64,000 nt of DNA from NCBI GenBank assembly GCA_051294905.1, contig CM119377.1:8866001-8930000 (forward strand), read 5' to 3'. Positions 51,201 to 62,000 of the stretch are shown here, one piece after another (the first letter of the stretch is position 1; each line of letters opens with the position of its first letter). The position numbers and the translations under genes are program-made. A model generated the notes under the pieces. It saw nothing but the letters and a program-made list of their open reading frames with translations. It was not told the DNA's origin and did not search any database. This DNA comes from Botryllus schlosseri. Its lineage: Eukaryota.

Positions 51201-53435
51201 CCGTTTGTCTTGCCGAATCTAAAGTACCAGGGAATTCTGTCATTTTCTGAACCAAATGTTGGGCGAATTCAATATGTTCCTTGGGTGCCATTGATGCATT
51301 CATGTGTAATCCTTTCAACATAATTCCAAATGTTCTGTTTCGTTCTGTCGAATTGCTAATCTCTTTCATAAACGAGAGAGTTTTGTTAATCTTCCATGCC
51401 TTTTCTTCTCTCGTGTCTTCTTCAGGCATTGATCCGTGACATAAATCGCTCTCAATTCTGGCCATCACGCTTTGAAAATCGACGCGTTTCAAAGCATCAA
51501 GCACCAGGGAATTACAATCCATGTTCGACCCCAAAGTTACTTGGGACAAGTACATTGCGATATCACTATCAACTTTTACACTCAAATACGGACACATCAT
51601 TTCATTCCAGATATTCGAGCGATTAACGTGAGTATTCAACCTGTCGTTACCGTGGGTCCAAGAACTATTGAACAAGCTATTGAAAGTTTCATAATTTTCG
51701 GGGATATTTTCCCCAATGCGCGAGGTACTGTTTTCAGGTTGAATGTGTTGCGATTCATATTCCCCATAATAATGATTATTATGAAAGGGGTCCTGGACTC
51801 CTGGCAAATTATACTCGGGCGTCGCGATCACAGCATCTACCAACATCTCCGTCAATTGCTTCAGTAACAAGAAATTAGTATAGGTGGAAAAATACTCAGC
51901 CGTCGTATTGAAGAGGACAACTGTCGTTTGTAACAATTCCAAGTCCACGGAGCCTATGATGTCGTGGGCGATATCATTATCGAATGTCTCGCCGACCTCT
52001 TTCAATATTTCTACGATATTACGATATTCAATCAAGGCATTGCGATCTGCTTTATCCATTTTTTTCGGGACATGCTTAAGGAGTGAAAGAATTTTGTCTA
52101 TCGCTGCATTGGACGATTTGTCAGGGAAAGAGAAGTTTCGAGCGATGTAAATTAATTTTCTATACAAGATCGCGTCGCGATCATTGAAACCCACATTTTG
52201 ATGGTGTTCTTCAGTAAGATTTCGGAAACGCGCCAAGAATCCTTCCATCAAATACCAAACGCTGTCCAAGTCGGCGTTGGCGTCGGTGGCATTCATAGCA
52301 GTAACGTTCTGACTTTGTAACACGTATTCGATGGATGCAAGCAACTCTCCCCCGGTCGAAAATCGCGTTTCAGCAGAGTCTAGCTTGCTTTTCAACGTAT
52401 TCAAAATATGCTTCACAAGACCACCTCTCGTACGTGCCACCCATAGATATTCGGATACATGATTGAATATGAGATTTTGCAAGCATGATGCTGAAGAGAG
52501 CGGGTCAACCTGTTCGAGGAAAACGAAACTGTCCACCAGGTCGTTCAGTAGAGCACTTTTTTGGCCGAGCTTACGCGTGAATTCAATCAGTTGACCTGCC
52601 AAACCGTACAGTCTGGTGACGTTTAGTACGCTGATTTCAGCGACAACATCACTATCGATGCCTGCGACTCTTGTAATGTTTTTAATCATGGAAAGAAGCT
52701 CCATGCTTTCCTTGCGTTCATCCGGCATAATGTCATTCTCTGCTGATTTCAGTTTTGATAAAGTGTTATTAACGGAATCGGGTGATCTTTTCAAAGCAGA
52801 CGCGAAGCGTTTAACAATGAACATCATCTTAAGCTGAGAGGGGGAGAAATCTTCGTGCGGTTGGTTGAAGCATCCGTGGTAATATTCCATTTCCGAATTC
52901 TTTTCAAAGACAATCTTCTGGAGCACATGGGAAACTTCAGGAATCAGAAGGATGCTCTGCCAAAAGCTCTGCTGTACCAGCCAATTCAGTCTTGTAAACT
53001 TAACCATGCTGTTATTTGGTTCGTCAAAGTCAAGGTTACATGTTTGATACACTACCATAGGGATGGAATCTCGTTGTAATGACTGGTTCAAAAATGATAA
53101 ACTGGTTGCAAAACCATTTTTCCTATAGGATAAATTTTCAAATTCGTCCGATTGTTCAGGTCTCCCGTCTTGGGATATCACAACAGGTAGCAAGACGAAG
53201 GAATCCAACAGCCGTCGATTAGATAGCTCCTGCTTCAAGTCATCGAATGTTGCTTTTGTTTTCAATTTCCGGATGCCACGAATAACATAGGACGGTTTTC
53301 CTCGCGCAAACGTGTACAAAGCGTCAGATGCAAAATCTGCGCGACCGCCATGTATATTGGTCATATTGAAGACTTCTGCCGCTACCCGGATATTGATGGA
53401 GTTGTCGGCGTCGGATAATTCTCCGCAAAAGGCAC
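21068..53435 (-). CDS. Gene A: giant single-pass REJ/GAIN(GPS-like) polycystin-1-like cell-surface protein, >=3,113 aa, 5' end incomplete
   Basis: 40 phase-consistent GT-AG exons: 49932-53435, 48357-48464, 47690-47851, 47109-47251, 46145-46339, 44808-44997, 43174-43421, 42575-42743, 42048-42171, 41923-41988, 40784-40974, 39895-40101, 39058-39157, 38743-38997, 37872-38024, 37133-37271, 36969-37065, 36609-36721, 36033-36245, 35007-35186, 34661-34871, 33894-34021, 33621-33823, 32339-32515, 31894-32016, 31601-31793, 31337-31535, 30611-30778, 28257-28392, 27005-27141, 26874-26932, 26149-26259, 24672-24797, 23676-23735, 23505-23618, 23319-23444, 22582-22694, 22434-22516, 22242-22375, 21068-21253. 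Sum 9344 nt (2 + 3114 codons), ending at TAA. Confidence 0.85.
21944..22210 (-). mobile_element. SINE family 1 copy
   Basis: Collinear with 11212-11483 and 28557-28850. Confidence 0.82.
22242..22516 (-). CDS. Gene A Thr-rich stalk (22434-22516) and transmembrane exon (22242-22375)
   Basis: ...NGLGVGAVIGLTIALVAVTVVLLLLVKYYHGKAST: one ~24-residue hydrophobic helix followed by basic residues. Confidence 0.9.
22582..28392 (-). CDS. Gene A nine exons, helical GAIN-like region, furin site and GPS-like motif
   Basis: TSRRKRSTDEE; SFCTSIGFDEPSIS; LYSNWDCDSSSTTTCQGACLS; CRHRASSNVWTASSCSSDVDISASTVTCTCSVYQGYF (C..W...C...C-x-C GPS pattern without HLT). Confidence 0.78.
25160..25262. repeat. Degenerate ~15-bp tandem array (aatgtccattctcgg)
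   Basis: About seven imperfect copies; probably subterminal repeats of a DNA-transposon remnant. Confidence 0.7.
27176..27455 (-). mobile_element. SINE family 1 copy
   Basis: Collinear full-length copy. 3' fragments also at ~24845-24960, ~25940-26125, ~60440-60615 and ~1270-1345. Confidence 0.82.
28557..28850 (+). mobile_element. SINE family 1 copy
   Basis: ggcgagatagcgtagtggtagaatgcacagctgcaacacc...gggttcgagtacgacc head; aac-rich tail. Confidence 0.85.
29144..30598. mobile_element. 1.45-kb non-autonomous hAT (Charlie-like) element, TIR CAGTGGTTCCCAA
   Basis: Perfect 8-bp TSD TCATAGAC; inserted 12 nt from the donor of exon 30611-30778. Confidence 0.88.
30611..37271 (-). CDS. Gene A thirteen exons, pre-REJ segment and REJ (receptor for egg jelly) module
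   Basis: APSVREARISDDLNFVTVKFD; PKVYLRLPEEVDPCDSILMD..SGAGSWDFSYHW; IDYSWEAY...LSLGRGALPSGSYKFTV; VIDGSRSQDPYGGELTHTWTC; LVLKKYALQPESSYKFRL; PMATGGSIQYSPSNGTSLTEEFTLSGVDW...FYRF..LPSG. These are REJ signatures seen in PKD1/PKDREJ-like proteins. Confidence 0.88.
33320..33597 (+). mobile_element. tRNA-derived SINE family 2, intact with TSD
   Basis: A box TGGCGCAGTTGG, B box GGTTCGAGTCT, AATAAA plus (AAC)n tail, 14-bp TSD caactagtgcagtg. Confidence 0.88.
34289..34517. mobile_element. Charlie-like hAT MITE (same family as 38405-38717, opposite orientation)
   Basis: cagtggttctcaaac...gtttgagaaccactg TIRs. Confidence 0.78.
37872..40101 (-). CDS. Gene A four exons, two IPT/TIG-like Ig-fold domains
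   Basis: FYISHVTPAVIVVE... and WRLVSIQPDYLLVNGGGGDVVIEGESFPQGMDLLC...ARRIDASRVECTFP...LSFEY; pattern typical of IPT/TIG domains. Confidence 0.72.
38405..38717. mobile_element. Charlie-like hAT MITE, TIR CAGTGGTTCTCAAAC
   Basis: TSD ttctagat/ctctatat (NTCTAGAN-like target). Inverted copy at 34289-34517; fragments near 12105 and 57236. Confidence 0.82.
40784..42743 (-). CDS. Gene A four exons, Cys-rich DxCGxCGG / DCxGxC repeats
   Basis: LDKCGVCGGNGDTCVDCKGVVNG, YLDKCRRCVGGNTG, DCAGECFGTASIDKCGAC, RDACGKCGGDNSSCAGCDGVPHSG. Confidence 0.9.
41011..41375 (-). mobile_element. I-group (I/Nimb/Ingi-like) LINE 3' end
   Basis: GHCGVASHLFRIGCSDSPMCEECDLIETVEHFLISC (CCHC knuckle) followed by a (TAA)n tail. 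Confidence 0.85.
43174..48464 (-). CDS. Gene A six exons between the giant exon and the Cys-rich repeats (unassigned)
   Basis: DTFSPEALLKLLPTVANGG..., RNLIFTSISDEIVNSP..., RYFSEFHGKSVFAQKVF..., KCMIQRCRILQRNSSDRWEKV..., VYSPPSVLQILK..., ANLTCRLEYVTLLALNTRV...; consistent phases. Confidence 0.8.
45055..45400. mobile_element. hAT MITE, TIR TAGGGTTGCATTTAAAACA
   Basis: TSD gatgcatc/gatgcaac. Other copies at ~59126-59672 (carrying a nested insert), ~2225 (5' end) and ~9660-10200 (3' end). Confidence 0.85.
49932..53435 (-). CDS. Gene A giant 3504-nt exon (~1,168 aa, unknown fold, N-glycosylation-rich, ends near furin site RRKR)
   Basis: Contains the 1151-aa ORF of the track; acceptor tatttcttcag|GT GCC TTT TGC, donor CCA G|GTAAGA; phase 1-1. 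Confidence 0.92.
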
Positions 53436-53582
53436 CTGAAGAAATATATTCCGGTCCTTACATTAATTCAAACGGCGAAATGAATATTTATGTAAAACTT
53501 TGAGTACCTGTTACCTGGTAGACTATCGGTTAACTATATTGTCTCGCATATCTGCTGAATTTTTGCGGACATATGAAATCAC

Positions 53583-54782
53583 GCATGTGGATGAATCCAT
53601 CGACATTGCGTTCTAGAAAATTTAAGCCTGAGCAAGACATACCAAGCTTTGTTGGCGGAGAAATGACGGTATACTGTAGCAGATTGTCGAATGAGAAATA
53701 CAAGGTGTTGTGGATAACTATAGCTATGACGTTAATACTGTATAGTGTATATGCATATAGCCAATGTATCAGCAAGGAAGTGATTAAATTCAATTACGTT
53801 GGGTAAAAGATCATGTTACCGAAATGTAAACGATGTGCTGTGCAAAATCATCAGTCATCTCATCTCCCACAACAGAGTCAACGCCTGTATGACATGAAAT
53901 GCAAAAAATAACATTTCCCATCGCAAAGTTAATGGAGCCATATTGACCCTTGATTTTCAACCATAATTCTGAAAGAGCCATACCATGATTCCAATGATTC
54001 TGTGCATACACTGCTGTGATGTTAAACTGCCTGCACTAATCAACCGGTTGTCTGACGTTTGATCGTGCAACATAACGAAAAACTACAGTTGCTCATTGGA
54101 ATTTAGCTTAGCTCTAGTCATACAGCCGTCGCCATATCTGCTTTTCTTTTTGACTAATCAACACATTGCTTATTAGGCAATGGTGGGTACAGGGAATTAT
54201 GCTATTGTATAAGATATTTACTTTGACAGCAACTTTGTTCTTGTGGCTATATGTACTGTATTAGTATTGAACTTGACTGATTTGATTTGTCTGATGTATT
54301 TCACTAAATAAATTCCAATCGGAAAATCTATTATAATGAACTGATAATAATGAGCAATTCCCAGCAAAATTTGCCATAAATTTCAAGATTTTGAGTTTAT
54401 GAGCTTCTAGTTGCGCCATGTCGTCGTTTCATTTCTTGTCAGTATCATAATGCTCCAGAGGTCCCTCAGAAGATGAAAATGAAAACATTTTGAAGGATTA
54501 TAGACTTGATATAGCTACGAACCGCAATGACACGATATGCAGTGCTGTTCATCGTTGATGGTTGGGCGACAGTTCTGTTTCAAGCTTGAGTTGAAATTCT
54601 CGTCGCACGTAGTATACAGTCGGAAGAAATCCAATTGCTCCTCGCTGTACGTGATGGGATCGAAAAGATATAGATATGCACAAAGGAAAATTATTGAAAT
54701 TCGCAAACAATGTCCCACCTCCTTGCCGGGGATATGCTCTCGTAACCGATTGTTCTCGAGTCCTGCGCTTGAACGGTGATAC
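53583..54782 (-). CDS. Candidate upstream exons of gene A (54719-54782, 54523-54644, 53820-53884, 53583-53673)
   Basis: Phase-compatible chain ITVQAQDSRTIGYESISPAR | SEEQLDFFRLYTTCDENF...QHCISCHC | GVDSVVGDEMTDDFAQHIVYIS | YTVISPPTKLGMSCSGLNFLERNVDGFIHM | R into the giant exon. Some donors are weaker (GTGATT, GTTCGT). Confidence 0.5.
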
Positions 54783-55176
54783 CTAAACGATATCACATTA
54801 TGTGGGTTGTTAGTCAAACTGTCAAAGTACACGGTCATATCATAAGGGGCAATAGATGTCGGCCCCAAAAGATCCTGCCGCCACGTGCTTTTCGATGTAA
54901 GGTAGGTGTATTATCAATGTATGCAATGCATGTTGCGGATGCTATTTTCATGACCGCAAATTGTTTCGAACCCTTCATTTTCCTGTTCAATACCGGGGTA
55001 TCACGTTATATTGCTACCCAACGTTATAACTTGTAGGCACATGGGAGATGTAAGATGACAGCATATATAAATCAGTGCCGAGCGCTATATTATTGAAAAA
55101 CCTGTGATATAAGACTGATCGCTAACTGACCGTATCACATTCTTAATCGTAACCACATTAAATCATGGATGTGAGT

Positions 55177-55842
55177 TAGTGCTCATCAAAAATGACTTTT
55201 TTTCTCAAATCGCACTGGCTACTTGATATAATTGTTAGGTTACCTAATTAAAGCCTATACACATCAAATTTGGTTCAATTCCAACCAGTAGCCGCATTGC
55301 TACAGGACAAGAAAGTTTCTATTCATAATATAAAAATGAACAACAACAAAATTTGAAAATTTTCTGTTCACCCCATGACAGTGTTAGGTTGTCTATAGAA
55401 ACGATGTTCACGAAATTTGGTTCATTCCAACCAGTGGAAGCGGAGTTATCGCCGTCGAAAAAATTGGATTAGGAATAAAATAGTGGTTACGGTGACCAAT
55501 TCTTCAATTTTTTATGGTAGTGGTGCCCACCGTATATACAATATTATTCAAATCCAAATTTTTCGACGGCAATAATTCCGCTCGTACCGGTTGAAATTCA
55601 ACCAAATTTGGTGAACATCGTTTCTATAGACAACCTAACACTTTCATGGGGTGAACAGAAAATTTTCAAATTTTATGTTTTTCATTTTTATATAATAAAT
55701 AGAAACTCTCTTCACCTGTAGCAATCCGGCGACTGGTTGGAATTGAACCAAATTTGGTGTGTAGGCTTAAATTAGGTAACCTAACAATTTTATCAAGTAG
55801 CTAGTGCGATTTGAGTAAAAAAATCATTTTTGAAGAGCCCTA
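55177..55842. repeat. 666-bp foldback (long inverted repeat) element
   Basis: Arms of ~315 bp are reverse complements (e.g. gttcaccccatgacagtgttaggttgtctatagaaacgatgttcac vs its mirror) around a ~35-bp spacer; termini TAG(G/T)GCTC. Confidence 0.92.
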
Positions 55843-57933
55843 ATGTAGATATGATATATTGTCAGGTTGGACTAAATTCCTTTGCGCGTTGTCAATAATG
55901 CATGCGCCAAATAGGTAATATTTAGTTTTTATCATCGATTTTTGCCATCCACATCATAAATTTGCTCCCTATACTGAATCCCATGATTTCAAACAATGTC
56001 CATGACGTACTTCACATCTTACGAAGGTCCTGGACTATGGTAACAGATTTTCCACCTCACAGAACTTACCTAAAATGGATAACAAGACAAGCCGGCTTAG
56101 GGCCATCTCAACTGGCTGACAAATAACCCGCGACGTCTGGTCAATATCGAGTTAGTTACCAATTCTTTATGCAAAATTCAACCTACACATCTAACCTGTC
56201 AATTATGAAACATTGCCGTAAGCATTTCGCAAGCGGAATAACGAAAAGTCGGCACAGATGCATTCGCGCGTAATTCTTATCAGCGATACTTGATGATCTA
56301 TTCCACCATTCGGCTACTCCTAGTGTGCCCGATGATCTGATGCATATGCGCCCGAACACATAATATACAAGACCCATCATCATATTTCAGTAATATACAC
56401 AACCGCTGATGAGACATAGACAACTGACTTCACGAATTACAGCGAAGTAGCATTCAAGATTATCGATTTATCTAATAAGGCTCGTTATCGCCACCCGATC
56501 CGTATAAGCGGTCTCAAGGCCTAGGACGACAGTGGGCCATGCTAAGTTGCCATCTCAGGAATTATAATAAGGACTATAGGTCTGGTTTAAAATGATCACT
56601 ACGAATTGAACATGGAGGCCGATACATCACGAATGCTTAACAACAGCAGCAAGATTAGTTATTTAAACAAGACTCTGTCAAAATGTTATAATAACGCATA
56701 CGACATATTCGATCTAGTTACTGTTAATTTGATATCTTTTGTATGTATGTATGTAAAATGTAGGTTCTCGGCTGTCGACTGTCACGCAATGTAGACTACT
56801 TAGTGGACCGCTGTAATGTGACATTTTAATGTATTCAGCACAAAGATATCACACAGATGGCATTATAACCAACCCCTACTCTACAAACCCCGTAAGCTGC
56901 TAAACAATGGTAGACTATGTACGTATTAGCCGAATTATGTCGGGAAGGTACTCTTTATATACAGTATGTAACGTGTATCAACTGTCGTCATAACACAAAT
57001 AAATAGAAACAATTTAATATATAGGTGAGATACTTCCTGGTGCACTGAATCTGCGTCGTACCAAAACGTAACCTGCACTAGATATCCAATGACCATGCAA
57101 ATTTTTCCTGATTGTTGTTTTAATTATATGCGCATAGTAATGACGACAATGCAGATTTCATATCATCTACGGGAGCAGGTCACCGAAAGTTTCTGGTTCT
57201 GGACGTTGGCCTATAGCTAAGTCTTGGCCTATGACAGTTGTTCTCAATCTCTTATGACACGCCACTTGATGATTGTGAAACATTTCGCGCCCCAGCATCT
57301 ATCGTCATATAAAATACGTATTAAAAATATCAACCGGAATGTTCGCAATCCCAACGCATAGTTTGATGGCATGGAAGGTGATGGCTGTTAAAGGACCTCT
57401 CAAATCGAAAATTAGGAATATACACAGAGCAATAATTATGAGCTAGAGTGGGGCCCACGATATCGTAGGGTCCGGCTGGAGGTAGATCGCGCTAAGCGCG
57501 AAAAAGTCTTCAGATTAAGATTTTGTCAAAAATAATCGTGTGCAATGGTAGCACGTAGCATATCCTTAATTTACGGATTTTAGTGTCTAATACCTTATAT
57601 TTCCTTACTTAGGCTTGGCTTAAACGTACCTAACGATAAGCTAAATAACCCAATGGCGCGGGTAGCACGGCATTCAAACTTGGCTCTTCTTCACGGGACG
57701 AACAATTTTTTCTTTACGGGTGGCAGGTGATCGGAACAGAGCTACGGTAAAATGTGGTCTTAAGAGTAGCATTTCATAAAATGTCTCGTAATTGAATATA
57801 CTCGGAGTGGCTACATCGACTTTCCAAGTAACTTCGATCTTATTTCCCCATAACCTTGCGTCTTTCTACGCCCTCTGCACAGATGCTTGACAAACAGACC
57901 ATAAAAGCATAATCTAACAGCTACTCGCATTCA

Positions 57934-58448
57934 AAGGGCTGGGCAAAATCGCGTACCTGAGTGATTCGATTCTGAATCATGTAGTATGCTTCGAGTCGAG
58001 TCGACTATTCGATTATCACTCATTATGACGTCATATAACATGTAAGATGTCAAAGTTCAAATATGTACCTTTTATGCCGCCTCAAAGAACATAATGTCTG
58101 TTATCCATCACATTATAGATACTTGGTATTTTCTCAACCATACCGATTTCATTGCATTTTGTGACGATGTTGTAGGAGGATTATGACTTCAGAAATGTGT
58201 TTCCAGTTACGGTTGTAACTTTTTACTATATGTTTCGCATGCTGCGATACGGCAAATCAAGGTTTCAAGGCTTCCACAGTGTAAAATAGTATCGAAACCA
58301 TAATTCTCGTTGATAAAATAACTTTCAGTAGCGAGGAACGTATAATTTCAGTACTCGAAAAAATCGTCCTATGCTACTCGACTCGAATCAATAAAATAAT
58401 TACTCGATTCAGATTCGAGTACTCGAATCAATGTGCTCTGCAGCCCTA
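57934..58448. mobile_element. Second copy of the TAGGGCTGGGCA hAT MITE
   Basis: Collinear similarity to 18789-19296 along its full length; degenerate TSD. Confidence 0.82.
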
Positions 58449-58580
58449 GCATTCGCCAGTTACTCCTAATTCAGAGAGTTCTTCTGATCGGCGCAAGATC
58501 CGGTATCACTTCCAATCAATCAGCGGTGCATGGATGGTACAACACGTACAACGCAACTATGACATGTGGAATCGTAATAT

Positions 58581-58854
58581 GACGAGATAGCTTATAGTGG
58601 CATAATCCACTGCTGCAACACCAATGGGTTGGGGGTTCGAGTCCGACCTCGGTCGACTCCAAAATACCAACCTAAGTGTTTGAGGTTTATCTAGGCTCCT
58701 CCTTGCCATCTCACCCGTGTACGCGGTGTCTTACAAAACACCTAGAAGTGGTCCGTGCTATACAACTCGGCAGCTACGGAATTAAAATGAAGAACATTGG
58801 CCAGGTGTAAATGACCATAGTAGCCGACAAACACCATGAATACTACAAACAAAC
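58581..58854 (+). mobile_element. SINE family 1 copy with TSD
   Basis: 11-bp TSD aatcgtaatat; B box ggttcgagtcc. Confidence 0.88.
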
Positions 58855-58923
58855 AATCGTAATATAATTAGGATTATTGCCGTTGTTTAAACTTGCAAGT
58901 TTCAGAACAAATTAAAACCATAC

Positions 58924-59009
58924 AGAGTTCAAGCAAGTTCATTTCTCTCCGGCGGCTTCGCAATTCAGCAAGGGCGGTTATAGCCATCGTTCCCGCTACC
59001 TCACTACTT
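58924..59009 (-). CDS. Candidate further-upstream exon of gene A
   Basis: Strong acceptor ttctctccatccctcatccacag|, donor |GTATGG; open only as SSEVAGTMAITALAELRSRRREMNLLEL. Confidence 0.4.
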
Positions 59010-62000
59010 CTGTGGATGAGGGATGGAGAGAATTATGAAATCACTTTCATCGTATGCAAGATTTTCGGAAATATTTCGTCATTCTTTCGGATATTATATC
59101 GATTTTTCCGAAATGATATACAGTAAGGGTTGCATTTAGAACAAAAATCAATTTAAAACAAGCATGTCTAAAACATAGCCCGAGTTTAAAATCAGGGACA
59201 TCTAGACTAGTCAATTAAATCTGTGAAATTCGTTCGAAGGCTGCTCCCAGACTTTGGCAACTGGATCATTACAGCTGAACAATTAGAATAATTAGGTCGA
59301 GATGCCAGTATTCTATATAATTATATTCTAATTCCATAAATGTTTCATTGCTCCAATTCTAATTTGAATCTAATTTATGAAATGCATCTCATAGGCTCTA
59401 ACTTTAATTCTAATCTAATTTCTGGTTTCCTGAAAATGCCACAGAACTGTATTGGGCGAAATGAGCCAAGTTTGCTGTACAGACATTTGCTATTCTATAT
59501 AATGCTTATGAAAATGAACTCTGAGTTGTTATGAACTGAACTTCAACAATTTCCAATTTTTTGTAAATTTAGTAATTATAATTATGATATAATGGCATTT
59601 GTTTAAAACACCGTTTCAAAAATATTTTAAACAAAGTGTTTTAAAACAACTTTTTGTTAAATGCGACCCTACAGCTATAACCTCGAATGTTAATATTGTC
59701 CAGTGGCAGAACTGGTGGTCTGCTGGTGGTCTATCGTTTCGGACAGGTTGAAAGCAGCAATGAACGCGTTTGATTGGAGTATTTGGTTGTATTTCGTTAA
59801 GCGTCTCCTATGAAGTAGTTAGAGATGCGAAACCCTTGCGGATCAATCATGAATTCTCCAATCGCTGTTTCATAAGACGAGGACGAGTACGGCCGGCGGC
59901 CTTCATAGTCCGACCCCAGGGATCCAGTCCGTAATTCAAGGCTGTTTTCCCTGGGCACAAGCATGATGGCGGAGGGATCAGTGGCCGTGGACGCCCCCTT
60001 TTAAGCCTGCTTGTGCCAGCCGTTTGCACCTTAACCAGACGAAAAAGAGTAGAAGCGATGAGATGAGTGCTTTGCGTCCTATAACATAAAGGACCAAATT
60101 AACGGCGCTTGTGACGCCATGCTGTGGTGTAAAATCACAGTACTTAAACAGCGTTACGGGGGGAGGTTTACTGCGGTTCCACCAGACCCCTAAAAAGCAA
60201 TGAGCTCATTTTGCTATTGATTGACTTCGTAAAGCATTGTCCAATACGTGTACGTGTACAGTACACTGTACAGACTGTACTTGTACAGTATATGTACGTA
60301 CACTGTGCAGCTGCAGCTGTGGAGACTTGCCGCTGGCTCATCTTCGATCGCCTCGCTATATTTTGACTTTACTGCCATCTTGCGATCGTTCGCGTGATTC
60401 AAACCACTACAGAGTGGCGACGCCCGAGATACGCGATATGTTTCTGTTGTTGTTGTTGTTGTTGTTTATGATATTCATGCTGTTTCGACTAAATTGGTAT
60501 TTTTACACCAGGCCGATATTCATTATTAGGATTCCGTGTTTACCGACTTGTAGCACTGCCCACTTCTAGACTCTTCAAGACACCGATTACGCGGATCACG
60601 CTGCGAGGAGGCGGTATGTATTTATTTTTCTCGTGACCATATCGTGCAAAATTCAAACTATTCGTAAACGAACGTGAATGCGCTTTTTCGCGTCTCTTCT
60701 ACTAATCGACCATAAAAAAACCATTCATTGTTGACAGACGCAGGGCAACAACGCATTCAGGAAGCACAATACAACACAGGCGATCCGTAGATGGAATGTA
60801 TTGTAACTAGACCGAGTTATACCTAGTAGCAGTTCAAGAATGAAACCATTACTAGCATAGTCAGATCTAGCTACAGAGTATTTGGTCTGTGCTTTGAAAC
60901 CGAATAAAATACCCATATCCAACGACGGTATGAGCATGACATGACAACTTCCCATCCCTAGGATAAGCCTAACCTACGAACGATGGATATTCAGTGCTGC
61001 AAAATCGACAAAGATAACTATTTCGGGCAATGACGTGTAGTAATCAGAGCAGAGAGATTCGAATCGTGTAGTTTTGAGTAAATTCTTTTAGTATCGAAAT
61101 TAGAAATCCCTTTCGGCAAAGAGCAAATTTAATTGTCGGAAATACCTGATCAACACTACCTTCCCAGCATCGCAACATCGAAAGTCCGATCAAGTTTACC
61201 ATAGCATCCAAAGGGACTGCACAGTACGCTTGTTCGTGGAGATACGGCATTTGCAGAGCATTATGACATATAAGACATCAAAGTGTGTTGTATACGTCAT
61301 AATTATGGTTAACAAATAAGTAAACATATATGTCCCTACGTGTAAACTGGTAATATATTCGTTGTGATCGTATGAAAGGTGCATATTCGAACTTTGCGAA
61401 TCGCTCTTGCTATATATGATTCTATCACGTTATACTGATTGGTTCTCGACCACTCGATTTGGAATCGATTTTTCCAGCTCTAGTGGTGAGGCCTTCTGAG
61501 ACTTAAATAGCATGGGTGATTTGATTCAGGTCTTGTCGGCTTGTCGCCTGTCATTATCTATTTTTGATGCAATGGGTTGCGATATTTGGATTGTCTAATC
61601 ACGACGAATACGCCCTTTTGACCCATTCAACTTTGAAATCCGCTAAATGAGATGTATGCGATGCGCTGTTCAAGTTGCTTTCGGAGGAATGACATTTCAA
61701 TTCAGATGATGTCTTGGTAAATGACGCTAAGCTCGACCGAAATTGCGCTATCAATTTACAATTCGGAAGGTCTGATTTGATTGGATTCGTACCAAAGCGT
61801 GAATTGTTCATGTACAATGTTTATTGTTCACATTCAAAATCATTGTCAACATCTCAACACCCACCGCACGATGTGAGTTTGTTGGTGCTTCACTCTCGAC
61901 AGAATATCGCTACTGCTATATGAGAAGAGCCATATTTTTCTCCATTAATCGACTATCGTAGTTCATGAATGCTGATATGCTGAAAACAACCAAGAGAATA

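Noticed and set aside
49978-53079. Plus-strand and alternative-frame ORFs overlapping the giant exon
   Set aside because: Shadow ORFs of the 1151-aa coding frame.
59847-60029. GC-rich segment with KRGRPR, possible RTE remnant
   Set aside because: A single short motif with no other RTE signature; too weak to call.
61044-61250. Candidate 5' exon PLDAMVNLIGLSMLRCWEGSVDQ
   Set aside because: Three frames and several donors are equally plausible; cannot be assigned without cDNA.
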